Below are positions 18,297-28,966 of a stretch of DNA of 64,000 bases, piece after piece. The notes under the pieces are model-generated. The model was given only the letters and a program-made list of their open reading frames with translations. It was not told the origin of the DNA and made no database searches. The stretch is from a virus, in IMG/VR virus record IMGVR_UViG_3300042469_000981, one strand, 5' to 3'. Position numbers and translations under genes: made by a program. Positions within the stretch are counted from its first letter, which is position 1. Every line of letters starts with the position of its first letter.

Positions 18297-18357
18297 GTGT
18301 AGGGCTTGGCCGCGCGCGGAAAAGGGGTTAACCCGCCCAACACTTTATACCCTACAC
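18297..18357. repeat. Nested inverted repeats (T/Y-shaped fold)
   Basis: Outer gtgtaggg/ccctacac stem enclosing palindromes ccgcgcgcgg and gggttaaccc. Confidence 0.8.
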
Positions 18358-18415
18358 CACACCCGTATTCTGTCACATACAATACAAATATAATAATATT
18401 TTGATATCCGTATTA

Positions 18416-19713
18416 TTATGGTTCGTCATGTTTGCGTGCATTAGCATAGATGTTATAGCGTTCATATAGGTGTGTTAACTCGTCTATTAACTCATTCCTC
18501 TCATCCAATGTCAATTCATGCATCATCGATTGAATGTCATCTAATACACCTACTAGTTGCATTATTGCTATCTGTTCATCCGTCACGTCCCGCTTATTGT
18601 TTAACCATTCATTTAAACTATCGGCTGTTTCCTTATCCAATGCCATATCTAATTTATCCCGTAACGCATTTATATCTAATTCCATTATTGTATTTTCATC
18701 ATTGCTTGTTTATCTGGATTATTATTATTCGTCATCGTCATCATCCTCCTGTTTGTTTATTGTTACTCATATTAACTTCCAAATGTTGGTCTGCTAATAT
18801 CCATCCATACACTACACACAATAAGGTTTAGTCCAATCATGTAAACTCTAACATGATTATTCTTATTGAATACTTCTTTAGGAGTACCTTTTCTTTTACC
18901 GACTGCTTCATATGTTTTTGCCCACACACCTAATTTTAATGTGCTTTTTAGCTGACGTAGTTCGTAGTCGGTGTAGTCTCCGTCTTCCCATCTGTGACGG
19001 AGTACAAAGTTAACTGTAAACCATTTGTTTCTAATCTTACTTATCATTGTTTATTTTTTAAATACTTCCATTAAATCATTTAGTGACACACCACCATTAC
19101 CCTCTTTTATTTTATATAATTCAGCTTGTACCTCATCATAAAAATTTATTCTATCCATAATAAAAGCAGCATCACTCTCTACTGCCATAAATTCTAATGT
19201 TAGTATAATTCGTTTAACACTTAGTAAAGCACATTCAATACCTTCCTTGTAACGCGAATCACAACTATTACATCCACCATACATGTAACCATTGTTTGGT
19301 AACATGAAATAATAATCATGAACAATTTCTAATGCTGCTTTTTGATGTGGACTCATTACTTCTTTAACTTATCGTTTATAGCACCTAGGTAAAGTATCAC
19401 TATTATTAATAAAAATATAACCATACTATTTCAATTTAACTAATTCACTGATTAACATAGCAACATCATCTGTTGTTTGACGAGGCATAACGTCTGTATC
19501 TCCATTGGTCAATATAACCCAATTATCACCATCCCAAATCATCCAATCATCATTACTGTTCCAAGCTGCTACTTCTGCTGTTGTTTCGCCTTGATCACTG
19601 TAATTATACTTACTGAATTGAACACTAATAGTACACCCGTTATCAAATGTCATTTGAAACCCATGGTGAAATTCATTATTTTCTGCTTTAAATTTCATAT
19701 TAATTTTCTTCAT
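18416..19713 (-). CDS. Run of four small hypothetical genes (18416-18685, 18772-19047, 19051-19356, 19426-19713)
   Basis: Co-oriented, closely spaced ORFs with no recognisable motifs. Confidence 0.55.
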
Positions 19714-20515
19714 TAATTATTACATTACCATAAACAATTTTACTGTTGTTCAATTCATAGTACATTTTATTATCAACTAAACCATTTCTGTTTTTAGTAA
19801 AGTTAATATATGTACCTGAACCATCACGTTCTGATTCGCGGCGCATCTCTCCCATTGCATCAACTAAATGTTTCAATTTGTTTGAACCTGCAAATACACC
19901 TGCTTTAGTAACTTGTTGAATCAACATAAACGAAGTGTATTTATTTGATTTGTTCTCACCTTTATTATTCTTGATACAAACATCAACCAACCATGACTCA
20001 GCCATTTTACGATCCCAATTGTTATCATCACGAACACCATCAATAATTTCAGCTGCTGAATCCATCAATACTAAATCATAACCCATATTTAAAACCTGTT
20101 CAATAACATCTTTAGTGTTGTACTCTAAATAATCTTGCATAAACAATGTTTCAATATTTCCAAATTGTGGGAAACGTTGAGTGTATTTGAACATTTGTTT
20201 CTTACCCATTTCACCTGAAATGAATAAACATTTAGCTCCTTTATTTTGAGCACCTGCTAATACATCCAACAATACAGTTGTTTTACCTACACCCGGATCA
20301 CCAATCATCATAATATTAGTTGCGGCCGGAATACCTCCTTCATGTGAAATCAAATCATCAACTTTCAAACCTGATCTCATAGTAAACATCATTTTAGGAT
20401 CGATGTTTAAATCATTCAATTTAGTAACTTTACTAAAATCAATTAGTGATGGAGTGTAAGTTACATTTTTAGTGCTTGGGCGACCTTTTCTTTTTACTAC
20501 GTTTACGTTTTGCAT
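19700..20515 (-). CDS. RadA/Sms-like RecA-family ATPase (ATPase domain only)
   Basis: GDPGVGKT, LFISGEM, LVLMDS, AGSNKLKHLVD, KNR.G. Confidence 0.8.
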   Translation of the reverse strand: MQNVNVVKRKGRPSTKNVTYTPSLIDFSKVTKLNDLNIDPKMMFTMRSGLKVDDLISHEGGIPAATNIMMIGDPGVGKTTVLLDVLAGAQNKGAKCLFISGEMGKKQMFKYTQRFPQFGNIETLFMQDYLEYNTKDVIEQVLNMGYDLVLMDSAAEIIDGVRDDNNWDRKMAESWLVDVCIKNNKGENKSNKYTSFMLIQQVTKAGVFAGSNKLKHLVDAMGEMRRESERDGSGTYINFTKNRNGLVDNKMYYELNNSKIVYGNVIINEEN

Positions 20516-20537
20516 AACCTTTATTTTTATTATGCTA

Positions 20538-20569
20538 TAAATATAACATCACATTTCGGCAAGGCCAAG
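20538..20569 (-). promoter_or_regulatory. Bacteroidota-type promoter
   Basis: CTTG-N20-TATATTTA-TAGCATAATAA. Confidence 0.72.
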
Positions 20570-20664
20570 CAAGAGGTTAAAAAAGGATCAAAGGGAAAGA
20601 TACCATAATACCTAACCAAATAACTAGGTAAATAAATGTCTTAACCTCATGCCAGTCTATTTTT

Positions 20665-23600
20665 TTATATGAATGTCTCACCCCATTCATCATCTATAAG
20701 TTCATTTTTCTTCCAACTATCCTCATTTATGGCTTTATATTCATCAGGCGCCATACCTTTCATAAGCATGTAGGCCTCAAAGTCAATATCAAGTAATCTC
20801 CACTTATCATTCCACTCTCTAATCCACGTTTGTCTATGTTGTTCAAATTCCTGTTGTGTCATTATTATCTTGTTTTAGGTCCCAATATATAGGCATAAAA
20901 ATAATACCACTAGATAAATGAGCCATACCCATTGGAATGTTTCCTGTTACTAAAAAAGATAATCCAACACTAATGTTACCTATAATTCCTACAAGTACAG
21001 TTATTTTAAATATTTTATTTTTCATTATATTCCTCCCAATTACTATAAGTTAATCCCCACTGTAAGCTAAACCATTGCATTTCTCTTTCTGCTACCTTAG
21101 CATACATCCTTAAATTCTTCATAAGGTATTTCTTACCCCACTTCTTAAATTCTTCTCCTTGCTGGACAGTCATTGAGTATTCTTGAAACCATTTTTCTTT
21201 ACCTAAGATATCATCATAAGTAACATTATGGCCGGCAATAATAAACATCTGATTGATTAGATCAACAACTGCTTTTTCTTTCTTCTCTTCTCTACTTAAT
21301 CGTTTTTTAGTCTCCATAATTCATAATTACTATTTCGTGTTTTGAATTTAACATAACCATCTTGGTTTTCCAAAATTTCTGTAATAGAAGTTGTTAACCA
21401 AGTAAAACTTATTCGGTGTGGATCTAATATACAAGATAAACCAATTTGGGGTTCCTTATGTAATTCACTAAACCTACCATTGTATCCCCATTCAATCCAT
21501 CCCATCTCTCTTCCATAATGTGTTAAACCATCACGTTCACGAACTAGTTTATATTTAGCGTTAGCATTAGGATCACCAAACAGTATCTTACCTACTTCAT
21601 CATCCATTTTTAGATTACCATTCTCATCTTGAGTTAGGTATATTTTGTCTTGTTTAATCTTGCTCATCGTTGTACTTATTTTTTTCATGTATAGTGAATT
21701 TGCTATTTGGACCTTCTTTTATCCTTGCTAATTTCAACTTAGCACTCATCTCTTCATAGATCTTATCAAAACCTTCACCACTCTCTTTTGAGAGTTCGTA
21801 CTGCTCTTCAGTAAGTTCTACTTCATAGATGCGTTCAGTTCTTTCTATTCTAATTAATTTAGGCATTTTTTAATTTGTTTAATCTTGCTCATAATTTTTG
21901 TATTCGTTTTCTAATCATAAATTTAAGACATCCTTTCCAAATTAGCAACCTACATATCCATTTAGGTAACCAACCTGCCATATAAGGTTCGGTTTTAGTT
22001 AGAATGTAATAAGCTACTTCCGAGTCACCTTCTACTTTGCTGAATTCAATAGTGGCTTGTTCACCTCTTGCTCTAAAGTAGAAGTAGTGTCCTAAGAACC
22101 AACCTTCTGATTGAACGGGGCAGTTGCCTGATGGTTTGTAATTCCACTTAATCATATTAATCCATTTCTTTATTATACCCTAAGTTTAATTCTTGAGCTT
22201 GTTTAGTTACAAAGTCTAATTGCTTTTCTCGATTCTCTTTTTCAGTTTCTAGTTTCTCTAACTGCTTTTCAAATCGTTCAATACTACCCCAGATGATACT
22301 TGCATTAGGATCTAGTTCTAAGATTTCAGCTACTAACTCTTTCTGTTTACCCCTAGAATAAAAACCATGTTCAATATCTTCAGACAGGTTTTGCAGATGC
22401 TCAGGACCATGAATTGAAATACGTAAGTCATAGTCTGCCCACTTAGTCTTCCAATCTATAAAGGCAATACCCTTAGTTAGCTTACGTAGTAAGTCATGTA
22501 AAGACCAGTTACGTACTCTAACAATAGACCTATCACTACCAAATACGTGAAGGAATCGTAAGAACCATCTTGGACATAGCTTAGGCTTAGCTTCATAATC
22601 CATAGCTAGTACTAGAGGGTATAGAGCATTAAAGCAGTCACCTTCTTCATTCCATAGATGTGTTCCTAAGTAACCGTATTTCTCAAATCCTTTAGGAAAA
22701 AAGATATAGCGGAAATCATCTAGTGTAATGTTACGGGTGAAAATCATACCCCTCTTTCTTCCTCTCCAAAACAAGAAGAAATACTTAATGTCCTGTAAGC
22801 GCTCTTGTAGGGTAGGAGGCTTATAAAATTTACTATTTTTGTCTATCTTGCTCATTACTTAAGTCTTCTTTTAAACGTTCTAAAAATGTTTGTTCTCCAT
22901 CATCACCACTTACCAACCAATCTATCCTATGAGCATAGATTTGAGCTTTTCTAAGTAGGTCTACTCCTTCTTTAAATTTTTCAATTACTTCATCTGGATA
23001 ATCATAGTAGTAAATTCTATCATCCCAAACTTCATGCCATCTATCTTCATCAGCAACTTCTTTTTTATTTCCTTCAATTATTCTCTCAATTGAATCAGCA
23101 ATCTGTTCAATTTTATATTGCTCGTAATCAAAATGTCCTCCACTCATAACTTTTATTTACTTGATTTCATTTCAACAGCTATATCTGTCATTTGTTTTGC
23201 TTTTGGTTTACGTCCTCGCTTTGATTTAGGTTTTTCAATACCTAGATTTTCAAACCAAGGAAAAATTTGATCAAATTCTTCCATTGAGATAGTAAATGTT
23301 GTAACTATAAATTTTTCTGGATTCATAACTTATTTTTTAACAACAATTAAATAACCCTCAGGTGTTGATTTGAATTGCTCAATAATCATCCCTTTAAATG
23401 ATTTATCAAACATTCCCATATCATGACCTGAATGCATATATGGGCCACCACTGGGGTCAATCATATCAATTTTAGTAGTATCTGAATAGACTAATGGAGC
23501 ATATTTTTTAGCTAATGGAGTTGATTTATATGTTTCTTTATCATACTCATGAACAGCGGTTTTAAATTCACCCATAGTCATTCGCTCGTCTGTATCAACA

Positions 23601-24447
23601 TCATTAGAATAAGCCTCATATGCTCGATCATAAACATTAGGCCAACCACAACGCATCCATTTAAATTCACCTTCAAACAAAATATTTCCATCATCCGTTT
23701 TACTGAATGTAAAAACATCATTGTAACGATTTGTATATTTTATTTTTTTCATAGTCCAAAATTATAATCTTCCATAGCAGCATCTTGTTGGGCTTGAGAA
23801 TCTTCATATCTTTGATTATCTTGGTCTACATTAGCCATATAATCATCCCATTCTGATTCTTCATTCATTTCATCAATGATTTGTTTAGCTTCATCTTCAT
23901 CAACCCAAACACCATTTAGTTCAGGAAAATAATACATGTCGTCAATTGAGTAAAAATCTTTTAATGTGTATCTCATAACCTATTTATTTATCTAAATATA
24001 ACAATACTATCTTAAAAGGCCAAACTAATCCCACCATTCTTCAATCCTATCATTCATTATTTTAAATAATAAACGTTTTGCTTTTTTGTGTTTGGCTATT
24101 ACATTTTGAACTGCTTCAGATGACCTTACACCGGATTTACATAGCTCATCATAGTAATACTCATTTTGAAGCTTATCAATTAACCTAACACAAGTCATCA
24201 TTAATTCTGCATCACGTTGAGCATTATTATGGAAACCATTTTCGGCTAAATGTTTAGCTTGTTTCTCTAATTTAAATTTTAGTACCTCAAAGATATAATG
24301 ATGGTCCCAATCTCTATCTTTCCATATTACCCAAAACCATTTGTATAAATTTTGAATTCCATATTTAATGTACTTGTGTTGGTATTTAAAATTCCATCTA
24401 AACCACCTGTATAATTTCCAATACCACTCATTATATTCTTCACTCAT
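20665..24447 (-). CDS. Run of about 11 overlapping hypothetical genes (20665-20862, 20843-21025, 21015-21317, 21296-21688, 21654-21866, 21889-22155, 22157-22855, 22833-23147, 23330-23752, 23749-23976, 24025-24447)
   Basis: Tightly packed minus-strand ORFs typical of a phage accessory region. Confidence 0.6.
23993..24024 (-). promoter_or_regulatory. Bacteroidota-type promoter
   Basis: TTTG-N20-TATATTTA. Confidence 0.7.
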
Positions 24448-24674
24448 AACTTTCCATTTACTAAAATTGAACCATCAGTCATAATTTGATAATCAAAATT
24501 ATGTTTTTTTAATGCAGTAACAGCTAGTGTTTTCATTTTAGTGCTATTACCTGTAATAATTTTTCCAGCAAATGCTTGAACTCGATAATCCCACATGATA
24601 GCCCATTCTTCAACTATCATCATAGCATCTTCATGTTTAACACCATGCAAATCTAATACTGAAACTTCTGTCAT
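24444..24674 (-). CDS. Stand-alone Smr domain protein
   Basis: VLDLHGVKHEDA...KIITGNS. Confidence 0.7.
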   Translation of the reverse strand: MTEVSVLDLHGVKHEDAMMIVEEWAIMWDYRVQAFAGKIITGNSTKMKTLAVTALKKHNFDYQIMTDGSILVNGKL

Positions 24675-24682
24675 AATTTATT

Positions 24683-24862
24683 TTATTTAGTTAGAATATT
24701 TTTATTACCTGGGGTGTGTTTAGGTTCATAAGGACAATTCAAACATTTATTACCACAACACTTGCCTAACTTAAGTAAAGTTTTAGCGGGGATTGGTAAT
24801 TTGTTTTTTTTATTTAAGTTCCAATCCTCATCATCTAATCTTTCAAGTGTTGCTTTATCCAT
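24683..24862 (-). CDS. DUF5522-like small Cys-rich protein (59 aa, not in the track)
   Basis: LLKLGKCCGNKCLNCPYEP. Confidence 0.65.
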   Translation of the reverse strand: MDKATLERLDDEDWNLNKKNKLPIPAKTLLKLGKCCGNKCLNCPYEPKHTPGNKNILTK

Positions 24863-24868
24863 ATTTAA

Positions 24869-25072
24869 TTATTTACTATTAATATATGTAACTAGCCCAA
24901 CAATTGCTAAAATTACTAATATAGCCCCTAAAGGAATCCATAAAGGAGCAGTTACCCACCACCAAGACCAAGTAGCAACAACACCCCAACCACCAAGTTT
25001 AAGTGTTAAGAAAATCAAAAATAGAATTGTACCTAATCCTAAACCTTGAGAATCTTTATTATTTTTTTCCAT
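24869..25072 (-). CDS. Small membrane protein
   Basis: GLGLGTILFLIFLTLKL.G...WSWWWVTAPLW; start re-called at MEKNNK. Confidence 0.65.
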   Translation of the reverse strand: MEKNNKDSQGLGLGTILFLIFLTLKLGGWGVVATWSWWWVTAPLWIPLGAILVILAIVGLVTYINSK

Positions 25073-25076
25073 GCCA

Positions 25077-25108
25077 TGAATATACAAAAGAAGTTTTACA
25101 AAACCAAA
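25077..25108 (-). promoter_or_regulatory. Promoter, ATG 4 nt downstream
   Basis: TTTG-N20-TATATTCA-TGGC-ATG. Confidence 0.55.
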
Positions 25109-25149
25109 TTAATTTGAAAGAGGTGCTTTAATAGTTGGTAATATAGTAA

Positions 25150-25662
25150 TCATTCTTTGTATTTCCAAATAAATTTATGGGCTGATTTTCTTCTCCCTTT
25201 ACATACTTCACATATAGCTGAACTGGGTACTCCTGTTTTAGAATAGGCTTCACCCATTGATTTATATTCTGCTATGAAATTTCCTTGTTTATCAAATTGC
25301 AAAACAGCTGTACTAGTTCCTAGATCCCAAGTTATTTTTTGTCCCTTAAGTTTATTACTAACTGTTGGTTTTTTTATTCCTTTTTGTTTATTTCCTATTA
25401 ATTTCTTAGCTGATTCAGTTTGTTGGTTTGGTCCGCCACCACCCTTATTTTTATTTAATAAAGTTATATTCCAACCATTAAATAATTCAATCCACCATTG
25501 TTCCCAAAACATCCATTCATTTTCTTCTACTTCATCAATTACTTCTAGAGATACATCTTTACTAAAATTTATTCTATGTTCTCTTAATCGTCTAATAGGT
25601 TCATTAGTTTTACCTAAATAAACAGGTATTTCGTTTTCTAATAATATATAAATTGAAATCAT
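25150..25662 (-). mobile_element. Free-standing GIY-YIG homing endonuclease with C-terminal NUMOD1
   Basis: SIYILL...VYLGKT...RL.EH; E..WI; VLQFDKQGNFIAEYKSMGEA...ICEVCKGRRKSAHKFIWKY. Confidence 0.8.
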
Positions 25663-25697
25663 AATGGCACGTTTATTATAAATATTGTGCCATTATG
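25660..25697 (-). promoter_or_regulatory. 11-bp hairpin occluding the endonuclease ATG, with ATATTTATA motif in the loop
   Basis: Sense strand CATAATGGCAC-AATATTTATAATAAAC-GTGCCATTATG. Confidence 0.75.
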
Positions 25698-25706
25698 TTT
25701 CTTACA

Positions 25707-26702
25707 CTAGTTTGATAAAGGAAATTTAATTGTTGGATGCGGGTCATACCCAATTAACATAAAATCATTTAAATCAATTTCATCAGCTTTACCGGCTAAT
25801 GTGGCTCTAAAATTATGACCTGAACTCATATGTAATCTAGGCAATTCACGAGGTTCTCTATTTATTTGTTCTTTAGCTCCTTCTAAATGGTCTGAATATA
25901 AATGGCAATCACCTAAATGGCCTATAAGGTGTTCAGGAATCATATTAACTTCTCTTGCTATCATTTCAAGTAATAAACCATAAGAAGCAATATTAAAGGG
26001 GAGGCCAAGAGCAGAATCTATACTACGCTGATTCCATAATAAACTTAAATAACGTTGTCCCTCTTTTTCCACAGAATATAGTTGGAAACTATGGTGACAA
26101 GGAGGTAATACCATATCTTCTAATTCAGCTACATTCCAAGCTGAAACCATTAGTCGTCGTGAGTCTGGATTTGTTTTAAGTTCGTTAATTAGGTTTGCGA
26201 TTTGGTCTGTGTATTCACCTGATCCATTATAATAATCTGCCCATCTTCTCCATTGCCTACCGTAGATTGGCCCTAAGTCACCCCACTCTTTAGCAAACTC
26301 ATTATCGGTTTTTATAAAGTTGATGAATTCTTCTTGTGTGAATGGTTCAGTCAATGTTCTATTTTTCTTAGAATTTTCTAATAATTTAGTTTTACCAACA
26401 TATTCACCTTTATTATATCTTTTAATATACGCTTTATAACAATCTCCATCCCAAATATGACATTTATTATCAACCAAATACTTAATATTTGTATCACCCA
26501 TCAAAAACCACATCAACTCAGTTGCCATTGTTTTAAATGGCATCTTTTTAGTAGTTAGTAATGGAAAACCATTCATCATATTGTGATGAATAGTATAACC
26601 AAAAATTGATTTAGTACCTGTTCCAGTACGATCCTTTTTATCTACTCCATACTCAAGAATATCCTTAAGTAATCTTTGATATTGTTCGTCTAATCTATTC
26701 AT
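25707..26702 (-). CDS. thyA: Thymidylate synthase
   Basis: DRTGTGT, FPLLTTKK, LGPIYGRQW, SRRLMVSAWN, LPPCH, QRS.D..LGLPFNIASY, DCHLY. Confidence 0.97.
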   Translation of the reverse strand: MNRLDEQYQRLLKDILEYGVDKKDRTGTGTKSIFGYTIHHNMMNGFPLLTTKKMPFKTMATELMWFLMGDTNIKYLVDNKCHIWDGDCYKAYIKRYNKGEYVGKTKLLENSKKNRTLTEPFTQEEFINFIKTDNEFAKEWGDLGPIYGRQWRRWADYYNGSGEYTDQIANLINELKTNPDSRRLMVSAWNVAELEDMVLPPCHHSFQLYSVEKEGQRYLSLLWNQRSIDSALGLPFNIASYGLLLEMIAREVNMIPEHLIGHLGDCHLYSDHLEGAKEQINREPRELPRLHMSSGHNFRATLAGKADEIDLNDFMLIGYDPHPTIKFPLSN

Positions 26703-26706
26703 GGCT

Positions 26707-26738
26707 TAAATATAAGGAGCCCCTTTCGGGGCTCCAAA
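26707..26738 (-). promoter_or_regulatory. Promoter fused with a GAAA-tetraloop hairpin; thyA ATG 4 nt downstream
   Basis: TTTG-N20-TATATTTA; stem GGAGCCCC-GAAA-GGGGCTCC. Confidence 0.7.
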
Positions 26739-26744
26739 TCAAAT

Positions 26745-27635
26745 TTACTTTTTAATTATTTTTTTACTTGTTCCGTCACTGTAAATATAAACCACTAACT
26801 CATCCTCTTTAACGTTATAAACACGGCGGCCCATCATATCATACATTGCGACAATCTTAGGTTCAGGTTTAATAATGGTGGTTATAGACGTTGTATTGGC
26901 GCGTTTACATACATCCAAACGTCTGAACATAAATGTATCTTGTCTTAAGCACTTATTCCACCATTCAGCATACATCAACACACGTCCACTGTCTTTAAAG
27001 GTATAATCAGCAATTCGTGTTTGAGTATAACCTAAATAATCCGCATCCGGAAAATCATACTCTATACCAATTTGGTAATCAGTTAAATTATCCCATTCTT
27101 TCTGAGACATTGTATCCATCCAAGGTCCTTTATAAAATACCATATAGTACACCATACAAGTGTCTTTCAATGGATATCCTTTAATATAATTCATTTCAAA
27201 CTTATATTTTTTACAATCATTCATATCTATAGAATATCCTAACCCAGCACCTGGAAATTGGATTAGTTCTACTATACGATAAAGTGCTGTATCACATTTA
27301 TTACATTTATTTACTACTTTTATATACAATTTGTATTTACCTCTAGTATTAAATAATACTTCCACAAATCCATTCCTTTCATAAAGATAATACTCAAATC
27401 CTACACCAGTATCTTTTCCACCTTTAAGAACTTGAGATTTTCCTGTTTGAAAATTATAAATGGACATTTGATAACTAACACAAGTGTCATCACCAATCCC
27501 AGCACCACTTACTTGCCACTTATAGTAGTTACGTTCATTCCATTGCTGGAGTTTCAATGTGCTCCAATCACATTTGGCGTTCAAACCCAATACTGTCAAT
27601 AAGGTAAAAACTAGAGTCATTAATTGTTTCTTCAT
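26745..27635 (-). CDS. Secreted protein with T9SS CTD-like C-terminus
   Basis: Signal peptide; ends IVAMYDMMGRRV...VYIYSDGTSKKIIKK. Confidence 0.6.
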   Translation of the reverse strand: MKKQLMTLVFTLLTVLGLNAKCDWSTLKLQQWNERNYYKWQVSGAGIGDDTCVSYQMSIYNFQTGKSQVLKGGKDTGVGFEYYLYERNGFVEVLFNTRGKYKLYIKVVNKCNKCDTALYRIVELIQFPGAGLGYSIDMNDCKKYKFEMNYIKGYPLKDTCMVYYMVFYKGPWMDTMSQKEWDNLTDYQIGIEYDFPDADYLGYTQTRIADYTFKDSGRVLMYAEWWNKCLRQDTFMFRRLDVCKRANTTSITTIIKPEPKIVAMYDMMGRRVYNVKEDELVVYIYSDGTSKKIIKK

Positions 27636-27876
27636 ATTTTATATTTTTTATTGTTTTATTTGTAACCGAAACCGTAGCATTAAATACTATAATTAATAGA
27701 ATACTATACGGGTTTAATCTCATTTTATTGTATCTTTAAAATTAGTTTCTACTTTAAATTTAGGTTTCTTTCTAGCATTCTTATAGTTTTTAACTGAATC
27801 AACTGTACTAATTCCTACTATAAACGCCACTGTTGAATATATTATATAATCAAAATATTTACTATACCAAGGCATA

Positions 27877-28224
27877 TTATCTACTATAAAATGTATTATA
27901 AAACCAATTACCCCAACTGCGTTTTATTTTTTGTATTTTAATATCAAACCTACGCTTAGCACAAACCACAACATATATTTTAGGCTTCTCATTCAATGAA
28001 CGAATATATTGTTTAAGCGCCTTACCAAAATCAGCCTTAAAAATACTAAACAAAAACCAAAACAACTTCTTCTGATCATAGCTATCAAAGATCCATTTAC
28101 CGCCTTTGTAATTAGCAATTTTCTTCAACTCAGAAGCCTCATGCCCTGAATACACTTCAAAATAGTTGTGATTGGGTTTAAATACCAAATACTCTGTTTC
28201 ACTCAAATTGTATGTAAAATTCAT
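27877..28224 (-). CDS. Hypothetical protein
   Basis: ORF with AAGGTTATG start context. Confidence 0.55.
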   Translation of the reverse strand: MNFTYNLSETEYLVFKPNHNYFEVYSGHEASELKKIANYKGGKWIFDSYDQKKLFWFLFSIFKADFGKALKQYIRSLNEKPKIYVVVCAKRRFDIKIQKIKRSWGNWFYNTFYSR

Positions 28225-28249
28225 AACCTTATTATTTTTATTAATATAA

Positions 28250-28939
28250 TTAAATTTTCTTAAATTTACAAGCTAAAATAACAGCTTCTGCCATCTTTTT
28301 ATGACCCGAGGCCGTCATGTGGCATAAAAAATCCCCACAGTCGGTCCTCGAAATACAATGTGTTTTTACTACTTGCGCCCCCACAATCGAATCCATTAAC
28401 AATTGTTGAAACCTAGCGTAGCGTTGCGGATACCCTTTGTATATATCTCGTCCCGCTACATTAATACATGTTACTGGATCAAACCCTGTAACTACTATTG
28501 GTGTTACTCCAAACCGTAAACACCTGTTTACAATCACCTGGATATTCTTAACTGACTTAATAGGCGGTCTGTTACCAGCCATGTCATTTGCCCCACCGTA
28601 AATAAAGCAGTAATCAAAATACTCAGTTATTGACCTACTAGCTACCTCAACCATCCATCCAGTTTGTTTACCTCCAACGGCTGTGTTTAAGTAACTCATA
28701 CCTGTTTTTTTACATACTTGGTGCTGCCATCCATAATCGGCGGCCGTATGTGAATCACCTATAAATAGTGCTTTCTTTCCTCGCACACTGTATACTATTG
28801 GTGTTGTATCCTTATATACAATTACTGTTGTATCTATTTTGGTTGGTTGTGTTGGTTTGGACCAAGCCATAACCGTGATGATAAAGCCGGCTACCAATAA
28901 TAGTATTAATAATAGGGCTACTTGTGTTGTTCGTTTCAT
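28250..28939 (-). CDS. SGNH/GDSL hydrolase with N-terminal anchor
   Basis: FIGDSHT (S), GG.QT (G), YGGAND (N), DFLCH (H). Confidence 0.85.
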   Translation of the reverse strand: MKRTTQVALLLILLLVAGFIITVMAWSKPTQPTKIDTTVIVYKDTTPIVYSVRGKKALFIGDSHTAADYGWQHQVCKKTGMSYLNTAVGGKQTGWMVEVASRSITEYFDYCFIYGGANDMAGNRPPIKSVKNIQVIVNRCLRFGVTPIVVTGFDPVTCINVAGRDIYKGYPQRYARFQQLLMDSIVGAQVVKTHCISRTDCGDFLCHMTASGHKKMAEAVILACKFKKI

Positions 28940-28966
28940 AACTTTATTTTAAATTGTATATACGTA

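Noticed and set aside
27830-27875. Promoter-like match upstream of 27.8 kb
   Set aside because: It falls within a plausible 51-aa ORF (MPWYSKYFDY...) and does not fit the 20-nt spacing cleanly.
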